63,911 nucleotides of DNA from a virus (taxonomy: Duplodnaviria > Caudoviricetes), in IMG/VR virus record IMGVR_UViG_3300021437_000017, positions 1 through 63,911 of that record. One strand, 5' to 3'. Of the stretch, positions 1-8,942 are shown piece after piece. The notes below the pieces were generated by a model. It was given only the letters and a program-made list of their open reading frames with translations. It was not told the origin of the DNA and did no database searches. Positions within the stretch are counted from its first letter, which is position 1, and each line of letters opens with the position of its first letter. Both the position numbers and the translations under genes were made by a program.

Positions 1-134
1 CTGTGCATGTTCATTGACCGCAAGGAAATCAGAACAGGACCGCTCACCAATCTCACTGATGAACAACTTATTGAACTCACTGCCGCCCTCGATGCGGGAC
101 TCCCCCCCGGCGCGATTGGCGTTTTTGGCCAAAC
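1..134. repeat. Terminal overlap, left copy (circular assembly overlap)
   Basis: Identical to 63778-63911 except position 122 (T here, C in the right copy). Confidence 0.95.
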
Positions 135-192
135 AGGAAATCGCACGCAGGATCAAGGAAAACCGGCTGAGGTATTACCGGCCATACACTAA
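1..192 (+). CDS. terS: Terminase small subunit, C-terminal part (continues from 63349 across the circular junction)
   Basis: Same frame as the 63349 ORF through the overlap; ...LELVGKELCMFIDRKEI...LTDEQL; directly precedes TerL. Confidence 0.75.
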   Translation: MCMFIDRKEIRTGPLTNLTDEQLIELTAALDAGLPPGAIGVFGQTGNRTQDQGKPAEVLPAIH

Positions 193-2572
193 GCAGCGCG
201 AGTTTCACGCTGCCGGGAAGACGTTTCGAGAACGCCTCCTGATGGCGGGGAACCAAGGACACCCCCTTTGGTTCAAGGTGATTACTCCATCTGGTCCGCG
301 CCCAATACGTGATTTACGCCCCGGCGATGAAATTTTTGCTGGCGATGGCTCGATTACACAAATAACGAGCATCATACCTCTTGGTGAACGGCAGATATAT
401 AACGTGGCATTTGATGGCGGAAACATCGTCGTCCCATGTACCGATGATCATCTCTGGATGGTCCGTTCTGCGCAACGGAAGCGTTGGTCAATAGAAAATA
501 CGCTGCAGGTTGCGGCAAGAAAGATGAAACCGCGCACCCCGGCATGTGGTGCGTTGCGATTGCCTGAACGAGACTTGCCGCTAGATCCATACTTACTTGG
601 AGTGCTACTGGGAGACGGGTCATTTTGCAATACTTACGTACAGGTTTCTAGCTTGGACGTAGAACTGTTGCGGCATATTCAAACAGTACTGCCAGATGGT
701 TGCGAACTGAAAAAACGAAAAGGAGCGCGTTCGACAGATTGGAATATTAGCACTCTATCCAAAGGTAGGGGCCGTCGCAATCCGGTGATGGAACGGCTTG
801 AGTTATTGGGGTTGCGTGGATTGAAAAGCGCGCAAAAGTATGTTCCTTTTATATATTTGATGTCGAGCGCAACACAACGCCTTGGAATATTGCGCGGATT
901 AATGGATACGGATGGCTACGCTCAAAAGCGTGGCAACAGTGTTCGCAATGTTTTTACAACCACATCAGAACAATTGGCGTCCGATGTGGCATTTCTATGC
1001 AGGTCTCTTGGTGGGCAGTCTCGCATCAACAAAAGGTCTAGACTCACATATAAGAATCCGAAAACCGGGGAACGTGCCCCGTGTTTGGATTCTTATTATG
1101 TAGCCGTGCGTTTGAACACTGAGGTGTTTGAACTCGCCAGAAAACGTAAAAAGTTCGTTAGCAATCGTAAGACAGATACGCTTGATCATATATGGGAAGA
1201 TGTTGAGCTTTGTGGCACCCACGACGCTGCGTGCATTTCTGTTGCTCATCCATCTCGACTTTATATTTGCGATGGATTCATAGTTACGCATAATTGTGGG
1301 AAAACTCTTGCTGGCGGCAACGAGCATTCGATGCACGCCACGGGAGAGTATCCGGATTGGTGGGATGGCCGGGTATTCAGCCGTCCGATCATGAGCTGGG
1401 CCGCGGGCGTCACTTCAGAGTTGACGCGCGATGGCGTGCAGCGTTTTCTCATGGGACGCTTCAATGAACTCGGAACTGGCACGATTCCGAAATGGAGAAT
1501 CCGCGACCACACCATGAAGCGCGGCGTGGCTGGAGCGGTGGATACCCTTTACGTCAGGTGGGGTGGTGGTGGTGATGTTTCGGTTGGGGATTCGACTATC
1601 CAGTTCAAAAGTTATGACCAGGGACGCGAGAAGTTCCAACAGGAATCCCTCGACGTTTTATGGTTCGACGAAGAGCCGGAATACGAGATCTACTCAGAGG
1701 GCCTGACGCGCACTAACGCCACGGGCGGTATGGTGTTCATGACTTTCACCCCGTTGCAGGGCATGACGCAGACTGTCATGCGGTTCACGAACGAGAAACG
1801 CGCAGGAACCCATGTCACACATATGACGATTGACGATGCCGACCACTTCAGCGCCGAACAGAAGCAGGTCATCATCTCAAGTTATCCGGCACACGAACAG
1901 GACGCGCGTATCAAGGGTGTGCCGATGCTTGGAAGCGGCCGCGTCTTTCCGGTCATTGAGGACTCGATTCGCATCGACCCGATTCCGTTACCGCCGCACT
2001 GGCCAAAACTTGCGGCGATGGACTTTGGATACGATCACCCGACAGCAATCGTATGGATCGCATGGGACCGCGACACGGATACGGTCTACGTTTACGACTG
2101 TTATCGCATGAGAGAGGCGCTGGTGCCGATTCACGCTGCTGTGTTGATTGGCAAAGGGCAGTGGATACCGGTGGCGTGGCCGCACGATGGCAACAACGAC
2201 ACGGCGATTGGCCCGCAATTGGCGAAGCAGTATCGCGATGCGGGCGTTAACATGCTCGATCAGCACGCGCAGTATGATGAGACAGGCGGCGGCACCGCAG
2301 AGAATACCAAGACCTCGCGGATTTCCGTAGAGGCCGGAGTTGCCGATATGCTGACAAGGATGCGCGCTTCCCGCTTCAAGGTCTTTTCCCATCTCAACGA
2401 TTGGTTCGAGGAGTTTCGCATGTATCACCGCAAAGACGGCAAGATCGTGAAGCTCGCAGATGATTTACTTTCGGCCACCCGCTATAGTGTAATGTCGCTG
2501 CGGTTCGCCGAGACTGAGGGGTCCGAAATCCATCTTTCGTCAACCCGTGAAGTGAACTGGCGCACGGTATGA
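14..2572 (+). CDS. terL: Terminase large subunit with intein (true start may be about 71-92)
   Basis: YxKQREFH; Walker A AGNQ|CGKT interrupted by an intein; Walker B LWFDEEP; TFTP coupling motif; nuclease motifs DFGYDHPTA and DDLLSATRY. Confidence 0.95.
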   Translation: MTARKSEQDRSPISLMNNLLNSLPPSMRDSPPARLAFLAKQEIARRIKENRLRYYRPYTKQREFHAAGKTFRERLLMAGNQGHPLWFKVITPSGPRPIRDLRPGDEIFAGDGSITQITSIIPLGERQIYNVAFDGGNIVVPCTDDHLWMVRSAQRKRWSIENTLQVAARKMKPRTPACGALRLPERDLPLDPYLLGVLLGDGSFCNTYVQVSSLDVELLRHIQTVLPDGCELKKRKGARSTDWNISTLSKGRGRRNPVMERLELLGLRGLKSAQKYVPFIYLMSSATQRLGILRGLMDTDGYAQKRGNSVRNVFTTTSEQLASDVAFLCRSLGGQSRINKRSRLTYKNPKTGERAPCLDSYYVAVRLNTEVFELARKRKKFVSNRKTDTLDHIWEDVELCGTHDAACISVAHPSRLYICDGFIVTHNCGKTLAGGNEHSMHATGEYPDWWDGRVFSRPIMSWAAGVTSELTRDGVQRFLMGRFNELGTGTIPKWRIRDHTMKRGVAGAVDTLYVRWGGGGDVSVGDSTIQFKSYDQGREKFQQESLDVLWFDEEPEYEIYSEGLTRTNATGGMVFMTFTPLQGMTQTVMRFTNEKRAGTHVTHMTIDDADHFSAEQKQVIISSYPAHEQDARIKGVPMLGSGRVFPVIEDSIRIDPIPLPPHWPKLAAMDFGYDHPTAIVWIAWDRDTDTVYVYDCYRMREALVPIHAAVLIGKGQWIPVAWPHDGNNDTAIGPQLAKQYRDAGVNMLDQHAQYDETGGGTAENTKTSRISVEAGVADMLTRMRASRFKVFSHLNDWFEEFRMYHRKDGKIVKLADDLLSATRYSVMSLRFAETEGSEIHLSSTREVNWRTV
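257..1294 (+). mobile_element. Intein (346 aa) with LAGLIDADG homing endonuclease, class-3 WCT signature
   Basis: Block A GHPLWFKVITPSG; block B CTDDHLW; LLGVLLGDGS and LRGLMDTDGY; block F AACISV; block G IVTHN|C; more AT-rich than the exteins. Confidence 0.92.
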
Positions 2573-4722
2573 GCATCGCGCAGTATTCTGACGACCGGAT
2601 TCCGCAAGAACAACAGCAACTACAAAATCCACTTACGAATGGCGCGGTAAATTCGTCTACAAATGGATCTCCCAATGCTGGTCTTGCTATAGATAAGTTG
2701 GATAAATTTCTATACGAAATAAGGCTTCAGCCAATGTGGCGGCGTGAAGCTGATATAGACGCGGAATATTACGATTCGAATCAATTAAGCCACGATGTTC
2801 TCGACGACATGCAACGCCTCGGCATGGCGCCGCTCATCCGCAACCTGATTCGCCCGACAATTGATGTCGCGCTTGGGATGGAAGCCAAGACGCGAACCGA
2901 TTGGAAGGTGCAGGGCAATCGGGATGAAGATCAGGACATGGCCGATGCGATGTCGGGAAAGCTGAAGGAAGCGGAAACCGAATCGCGCGCTGACCGTGCC
3001 TGTTCGGATGCCTATGCGGGCCAGATGAAAACGGGGATTGCTTGGGTTGAAGTATCGCGAGAACTCGATCCATTCAAGTATCCCTACCATGTCGGATATG
3101 TTTCACGCCGCGAAATATTTTGGGACTGGAGAGCCAAACAGCCGGACCTGTCGGACGCTCGTTATTTGGTGCGCCGCCGTTGGCAGGACGTTGACGTTCT
3201 GGAACTGATGTTTCCTGATGACATTGATTTGATTCAGGGGCTCGGTTGGTCGAAGGCGAACTGGGATACTCCGCTCACAGACTTTCCGGCCGTCATGGGC
3301 CGGACGTGGCTCTATGAGCGCGACGTGACGATCCCCGAATCCGACTGGCGGGACTCTACCCGCAAGCGGCTTTGTCTATACGAAGTCTGGTATCGCGTGT
3401 GGCAGCGCGGTTTCGTGATTCGCACGCCAGATGGTCGCACGGTTGAGGTTGATCTTGAGAATCCTCGACATGCGCAAGCGGTTGCCTCCGGCGTGGTGGA
3501 ACCGGTGCCCGCGTTGTTTCCGAAGATGCGCCTGTCGTGGTGGATAGGCCCGCACCGCATTGCTGATATGCCGACGCCTTACAAGCATTCCGATTTCCCC
3601 TACATTCCGTTCTGGGGCTATCGGGAAGACCTGACGCAGATCCCCTACGGCCTGATTCGCTCGATGCGCTCGCCGCAGGATGAGATCAACGCGCGGCTCT
3701 CGAAGATGATGTGGTTGATGTCGGCCAAGCGCACGATCATGGACGCAACCCAGGTCACCGACATTGACGAGTACCGCCGCGAGATAGCGCGGCCAGATGC
3801 GACCATCATCCTGAACAAGAATCGCCGGTCTGAAAGTGCTGGTGGAATCTTCAAGGTTGATGACCAGATGGAGTTGTCGCAGCAACAGTTCATGGTCATG
3901 AAAGATGCAACCGAGGCTATCCAGAAAACGGCCGGAGTCTACCAGTCCATGTTGGGCGACAAGCAACCGGGAGGCGCGAATTCCGGTATCGCGATCAACA
4001 GCTTGGTCGAGCAGGGCACGACAACGCTTGCCGAGATCAACGACAACTATCGATACGCGCGTAGACTGGTCGGGCAGCATTTGATCGAACTCATCGTCGA
4101 GGACATGGGTTCGGAACCGCAGGTCGTCAATGTCAACGAGAAGTTTGGTGCCAGAAAAAAGGCTGTTGCCATCAATTCTCCGGCGACGAAAAACGGCGTG
4201 CAGATTCTCGACAACGATGTGCAAAGGGCGTTGCTCAAGGTCGCGTTGGAAGACGTGCCCAGCACTCCGACTTATCGCGCACAGCAATTCATGTTCCTGT
4301 CAGAGTTGACGAAATCCTTACCGCCGCAGATTCAGGCGTTCGTTGTTCCATTCATTCTGGAAGCGAGCGAAATGCCGCATCGTCGCGAAGTGGCCGATCA
4401 GGTCAGGAAGTCTCTCGGTATCGACAGTGGCGCGCAGGATCAGACGTTTACCAAGGATCAGGTCGCGCAGATCGTGCAGCAGAAGATCGAGGAATTCAAG
4501 CAGCAATCCGTCATCGGGCTGAAGTCGAAAGAGGTCGATATCAAGGCGGCCGGATTGAAGATTGCCGAGAAGGACGCCGAGACGCGGCGCTTAATCGCGG
4601 ACGCAACGGTCAAGGAAAAGGTGGCGAACACTGATCTCGCCGTGCTTGATACGCTACTCACGCATGACGCTGCGTTGGATCAGAATCGCGGCAAGCAAAT
4701 TGCCAATGAATTAGCGGCATGA
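2569..4722 (+). CDS. Portal protein (P22/Bcep22-like)
   Basis: Follows TerL; 717 aa; YYDSNQL, NLIRPTIDVALGME, PYIPFWGYR, QDEINARLSK, SGIAI motifs. Confidence 0.9.
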   Translation: MSIAQYSDDRIPQEQQQLQNPLTNGAVNSSTNGSPNAGLAIDKLDKFLYEIRLQPMWRREADIDAEYYDSNQLSHDVLDDMQRLGMAPLIRNLIRPTIDVALGMEAKTRTDWKVQGNRDEDQDMADAMSGKLKEAETESRADRACSDAYAGQMKTGIAWVEVSRELDPFKYPYHVGYVSRREIFWDWRAKQPDLSDARYLVRRRWQDVDVLELMFPDDIDLIQGLGWSKANWDTPLTDFPAVMGRTWLYERDVTIPESDWRDSTRKRLCLYEVWYRVWQRGFVIRTPDGRTVEVDLENPRHAQAVASGVVEPVPALFPKMRLSWWIGPHRIADMPTPYKHSDFPYIPFWGYREDLTQIPYGLIRSMRSPQDEINARLSKMMWLMSAKRTIMDATQVTDIDEYRREIARPDATIILNKNRRSESAGGIFKVDDQMELSQQQFMVMKDATEAIQKTAGVYQSMLGDKQPGGANSGIAINSLVEQGTTTLAEINDNYRYARRLVGQHLIELIVEDMGSEPQVVNVNEKFGARKKAVAINSPATKNGVQILDNDVQRALLKVALEDVPSTPTYRAQQFMFLSELTKSLPPQIQAFVVPFILEASEMPHRREVADQVRKSLGIDSGAQDQTFTKDQVAQIVQQKIEEFKQQSVIGLKSKEVDIKAAGLKIAEKDAETRRLIADATVKEKVANTDLAVLDTLLTHDAALDQNRGKQIANELAA

Positions 4723-5408
4723 ATGCCGTTGTTCACCGTGAAGACGGGGTGATACTGGTCGCGGCACAGGGTTACTACGATCTCAGTTTCAGCGGCAGGA
4801 TGTATTGCGGCTATTACGTCGATGAAGATTTCAAAAAATTGTTGCCGGTAGACATGACGATAACCAGTCTGAGCGCCGAGCGTTTTTGGATGCTTTACCT
4901 GTGGGCAAAACAATGCTTGGCTCTTGACGGATGTTTCATCGAGTGCGGCGTTGCAAAAGGAGGCAGCGCGAAGTTTCTGGCTGGCGCTATGCAGGGCTCC
5001 GGGAAACTGCTGCACCTGTTCGATACGTTTTGCGGAATGCCGAAAACCGACCCGGATTGGGACGTTCACCGGGCCGGAGAGTTTTCCGATACGAGCGTCA
5101 ACGAGGTCCGCGAATATGTCGGTCATTCCGACTACGTGCGGATTCACGAGGGTTTTATCCCGGACACGCTCACCGACATAGAAACTCCAATTGCATTTGC
5201 GCATGTTGACGTTGATATCAAGCAGTCAATGAAAGACTGTTGCGAGTTCATCTACCCAAGATTAACGCAAGGCGGGGTGATGGTCATAGACGATTATGGA
5301 CAGGCGACATGCCCCGGCGCTAGAAAAGCCGTTGACGATTATTTTGTTGGAAAGCGATCTGTCCCGATTTCACTTTTAACCAATCAAGCCATTGTTGTGA
5401 AGATATGA
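4719..5408 (+). CDS. TylF/NovP/MycF-family sugar O-methyltransferase
   Basis: FIECGVAKGGS, LFDTFCGMP, AHVDVD, GGVMVIDDYG, GARKAVDDYF. Confidence 0.85.
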   Translation: MNAVVHREDGVILVAAQGYYDLSFSGRMYCGYYVDEDFKKLLPVDMTITSLSAERFWMLYLWAKQCLALDGCFIECGVAKGGSAKFLAGAMQGSGKLLHLFDTFCGMPKTDPDWDVHRAGEFSDTSVNEVREYVGHSDYVRIHEGFIPDTLTDIETPIAFAHVDVDIKQSMKDCCEFIYPRLTQGGVMVIDDYGQATCPGARKAVDDYFVGKRSVPISLLTNQAIVVKI

Positions 5409-6889
5409 CCGATTTTGCGCGCGCAGTGAAATGGGATTGCCTTCCCTACATGGTTGGCGAGGGGCTGGACATCGGGTGCGGCGACTCAAGATTCTTCGAT
5501 TGGGCGGTCGGCGTAGATATCAAGCCAGGCTCCAGCACCAAAGGCCCGAATCAACTTCGGGACGCGCGAAAACTCGAAGGCTATTTTGCCAGCGAGTCGC
5601 AGGGCTTCATTTTTTCAAGCTACCTGCTGAACGAGCTTGATGACTGGTCAGGCGTTTTGTCGTCGTGGTGGAAATTGCTCAGGCCGGACGGCTACTTGAT
5701 TTTGTTTCTTCCGGTGGTCGAAGCAAAGGAAGGCCAGAAAGAATGCGGCCCGAAACTCGTCGTCGATGCGATGCAAGGCTGCAAGCCATGGCAGTTCGTC
5801 GAGGCGCGCATCAATGGGGACGCTTTCTTTCACGTCTATCGCAAATGCGATAAACCGACTGATCTGACCGTCGTCGATCCAGACAAGATTTGCGCGGTAG
5901 TGAAGCTCGGGGCGCATGGCGACGCTTTGTGGGCGTCCAGTATTTTCCCGCACCTGAAGGAACAGGGTTATTACACGCTGCTCTATTGTCAGGAGACGAC
6001 GGAAGAAGTGTTGAGGCATGACCCGCACATCGACAGAATTATCCGGTTCGAGTCGCGCCTGCCGATGGGGGAACTCGGAGAAATGTTTGCGTGGATGGAG
6101 CGCAAGTACAAGAATTCCCGTATTCTGATCGAGTGCGTTGAAGGAACACTGCTGCCATCCCCGGCGAAGATTCAGTATCACTTCCCGAAAGAGATGCGGC
6201 ACAAGTTGATGAACTTCAACTACGTCGAGATGCACCACATGCAGGCCCAGGTCCCCATGGAGCCGCGTGTCAAATTCTACCCCAACGACGAGGAAATGGC
6301 GTGGGCGAACGAGATGAGGAATAGGTTGCAGCCATACGTGGTTGTCATCGTTCCCAATGGGTCAAGCGTGAGCAAGATGTGGCCGTATGCAGGCGACTTC
6401 GCGCGGCGTCTATTGGCGAAGCGCGAGGACGTGTCTGTCGTGATGTTGGGCGATGAGCGTGGCTGCAATTTCGACGAGCATGAACGATTCCTGAAAATCG
6501 GTCTTGCTTGGGATGTCAGAAAGGCCATGACGTTTTGCCAGTTAGCGAATGTCGTGATCGGGCAGGAAACGGGACTCCTTAACTGCGTGTCTCACGAGCC
6601 CGAAGTCCGCAAGGTCGCGTTGATGAGCCATTCTTCCCAAGAAAACTTGACTAGAGATTGGCCTAATACAGTGACACTACGAGAGTTTCCGGAGTGTGCC
6701 GGGGCGTCCGGCTGTCATCGACTTCACTACGATTGGCAGTACTGCTTCAAGGATTCTGTGACTGGCGCCGCGAAGTGTCAGGCGATGATCAGCGTGACGA
6801 AAGTCATGCGGGCAATTGAACCGGTATTTGGAGAAGTGGCGAATCTAATTCTGGACAAGGAAGACGTGCAGAAACTGCACGTCGCGTAA
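5405..6889 (+). CDS. Class I SAM methyltransferase-like domain fused to GT9 (ADP-heptose heptosyltransferase-like) domain
   Basis: N-term GLDIGCG...LRPDGYLILFLP; then KLGAHGDALWAS, EVLRHDPHIDRII, SKMWP, VIGQETGLLN, Cys-rich C-terminus. Confidence 0.75.
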   Translation: MTDFARAVKWDCLPYMVGEGLDIGCGDSRFFDWAVGVDIKPGSSTKGPNQLRDARKLEGYFASESQGFIFSSYLLNELDDWSGVLSSWWKLLRPDGYLILFLPVVEAKEGQKECGPKLVVDAMQGCKPWQFVEARINGDAFFHVYRKCDKPTDLTVVDPDKICAVVKLGAHGDALWASSIFPHLKEQGYYTLLYCQETTEEVLRHDPHIDRIIRFESRLPMGELGEMFAWMERKYKNSRILIECVEGTLLPSPAKIQYHFPKEMRHKLMNFNYVEMHHMQAQVPMEPRVKFYPNDEEMAWANEMRNRLQPYVVVIVPNGSSVSKMWPYAGDFARRLLAKREDVSVVMLGDERGCNFDEHERFLKIGLAWDVRKAMTFCQLANVVIGQETGLLNCVSHEPEVRKVALMSHSSQENLTRDWPNTVTLREFPECAGASGCHRLHYDWQYCFKDSVTGAAKCQAMISVTKVMRAIEPVFGEVANLILDKEDVQKLHVA

Positions 6890-6894
6890 TTTAG

Positions 6895-6969
6895 CGCGGA
6901 GTGGCGCAGCAGCAGCGCGGGTGGCTCATAACCATCAGGTCACGAGTGCAATTCTCGTCTCCGCAACCA
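6895..6969 (+). tRNA. tRNA-Met (CAT), initiator-like
   Basis: Cloverleaf CGCGGAG/CTCCGCA with C1:A72 mismatch, D stem GCGC/GCGC, anticodon loop CTCATAA, T stem ACGAG/CTCGT, encoded ACCA end. Confidence 0.88.
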
Positions 6970-7005
6970 GTTTTTCGCAAGCCGCGCGATACAGGCTAAC
7001 AGGTG

Positions 7006-7029
7006 GCCGCTCATTGGGCGGCTTTTTTT
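7006..7029 (+). terminator. Intrinsic terminator downstream of tRNA
   Basis: GCCGCTC-ATT-GGGCGGC hairpin followed by T7. Confidence 0.65.
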
Positions 7030-7053
7030 ATGGGCTAACTTAGGAGAATAATT

Positions 7054-7416
7054 ATGAGCTTTGGCCCAGACAAAGTTGTATTCCCGTTCGACTTGTATAG
7101 CGGGACCGGCACCTCGATTACTTCGACGGGAGCCGGAGCCGCGGTCATGCTTCCTCCGGGAAAGAAAGTCATACAGGTGGCGATGCCCGGCACTTCCACG
7201 ATGACCGTCAAGATTCAGAACAGCCTTGACGGCACAACGTGGTTCGATGTCACCTCGTCAACTGTAGCGACTCAAAACGTCGCGCAAGGCGCGGTATTGG
7301 CCGAGATCGACTCCTACATCCCGAAGTGGCGCGTGAATGTCACATCATTCACGGCGCTTGGGGTCGGCACCAACTGCGCACAAATTGCGGCGTTGTTGCA
7401 AACTCCACAAGCGTAA
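7054..7416 (+). CDS. Small Thr/Ser-rich putative virion protein
   Basis: AGGAG RBS; beta-strand-rich; resembles 40797-41135. Confidence 0.6.
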   Translation: MSFGPDKVVFPFDLYSGTGTSITSTGAGAAVMLPPGKKVIQVAMPGTSTMTVKIQNSLDGTTWFDVTSSTVATQNVAQGAVLAEIDSYIPKWRVNVTSFTALGVGTNCAQIAALLQTPQA

Positions 7417-7427
7417 AGGGGCCTATC

Positions 7428-7799
7428 ATGGGACTCCTGAGAGCTTGCGTCATTACGGAGCAAACGGCAGGACAACTGAATGCCGTGCAGGTCGATACGG
7501 CTGTCTACGGGACGTCAGCAGGCGCCCTAACAATCCGTTCCGGAAGAGAAGCCAAGACGTACATCATCGCCGGCACTCAAACATCTTCGTTGACAACGGT
7601 CGTGCTTGACCTGTTCAACGCGGCTGCTGGCGATACGATGACTGTCAAGAAGTACACCACTGCCGTCATAGGCACTGGCGCCGCGCAACTCAATGTAGTC
7701 AGCGGCTCCGCCGCTGGGGCGATTGTCGGCGCGATCCAAGTAGGGACTGCTGCACCGAATCAGGTTGATGCCTTTTTCGATGGAGTGCAGTGGCGGTAA
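7428..7799 (+). CDS. Small Thr/Ala/Gly-rich putative virion protein
   Basis: ATG at 7428 after AAGGGG; located in head module. Confidence 0.55.
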   Translation: MGLLRACVITEQTAGQLNAVQVDTAVYGTSAGALTIRSGREAKTYIIAGTQTSSLTTVVLDLFNAAAGDTMTVKKYTTAVIGTGAAQLNVVSGSAAGAIVGAIQVGTAAPNQVDAFFDGVQWR

Positions 7800-7871
7800 T
7801 TCGATTCGCCCGCGATAAGGGCTGAGAGTTTTTAAACCTTCGCATCCAATGCGACAAATGGAGAAACCAGC

Positions 7872-8924
7872 ATGAGCGCAGCAGCAAAAGACCTGAAATA
7901 CTACCTCGAACACACCGACGAAATGCCAACCGATCCCAAAGAAATCGAGCGGCTTGCAAATGCACACATGGAGGCCAGTCTCGAATCAGGGACTGAGACC
8001 ATGAACGTGGATGCGATCGTTGGCAAGCAGGAGGGCGATACGAAAGGCGAGCCGCCCGTCGCCGCCGAGGCAGCGAAGGAAGCAGAAGCAAAGGCTGACC
8101 CGAAGACTGAAACGCCTCCTGTGGCACAAACGCCGCCAGAGTCGCCTAAATCTGAAGAAAAGCCGGAAGGCATACTCGCAAAAGACGGAAAAAATGTCAT
8201 TCCGTATTCTCAACTTGAATCCGCTAGATCCAGAGCATCGGCGGCGGAGGCTCTCGCAAGGGAGCAGGCCGCAGAAATCGAGCGGCTCAAGGCTGAGAAA
8301 GCGGCACCGCAAGAGGATGTCGCGATACTGACGAATGAGGAACTGGACGCACTCGAAGCCGATTCGCCGACGTTAGCGAAGACGTTGCGTGCGCAACAGC
8401 AATCCATTCAACGGTTGAACGAAAGACTCGAAGCGGTAGCGCAGACGCAATTAGGCCAGATCGCCACCGAAGAGACGGCGGTAAGGTCGGAAGTTCAAAC
8501 CGCAATCGATGAGAATCCTACGCTTGCCGCATGGCAAACGGCGGAAGATCAGAGCTTGTGGAATGAGGCGTCACGGTTCGACAAACTTCTGCGGGAGAGT
8601 CCAGCTTACGCCAATGTTTCATTCGCGGACAGATTCGCAAAGGTCGTGGAGTTGACGCAATCAGCCTTGGGGCTGGAGGCGGAAACGCCGCCTGCTGTGG
8701 TTGAAGAAAAGCCTACGCTCACGCCGGAGCAGGTCAAGAGTGCGGCGCAAGCCAAGTTGACGGCGAAGGCCAAACTGCCTGTGTCGTCCTCGCAATTTCC
8801 GGGGGGCGTGCCGCCTGCTGTTGACGAGAAAGACCGCGTTGAACAGATGTCTTCGGTCGAACTCGGCAACAAGTTTCTCGGGATGAGCCGAGAGCAGTTG
8901 GACACGTACCTGTCCACGTTGTAA
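7872..8924 (+). CDS. Capsid scaffolding protein
   Basis: Acidic, helical, directly upstream of capsid; ILAKDGKNVIPYSQLE motif; GGAG RBS. Confidence 0.8.
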   Translation: MSAAAKDLKYYLEHTDEMPTDPKEIERLANAHMEASLESGTETMNVDAIVGKQEGDTKGEPPVAAEAAKEAEAKADPKTETPPVAQTPPESPKSEEKPEGILAKDGKNVIPYSQLESARSRASAAEALAREQAAEIERLKAEKAAPQEDVAILTNEELDALEADSPTLAKTLRAQQQSIQRLNERLEAVAQTQLGQIATEETAVRSEVQTAIDENPTLAAWQTAEDQSLWNEASRFDKLLRESPAYANVSFADRFAKVVELTQSALGLEAETPPAVVEEKPTLTPEQVKSAAQAKLTAKAKLPVSSSQFPGGVPPAVDEKDRVEQMSSVELGNKFLGMSREQLDTYLSTL

Positions 8925-8942
8925 TCAACAAAAGGAGCCACT

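Noticed and set aside
1-134. Biological direct terminal repeat
   Set aside because: Falls inside terS/terL coding sequence; more simply an assembly overlap
2035-2049. Gapped match of five tract-A dinucleotides (CA CC AC GC AT) to TerL codons HPTAI, suggesting self-targeting
   Set aside because: Only 10 informative bases with mismatched flanks; expected by chance in a genome this size
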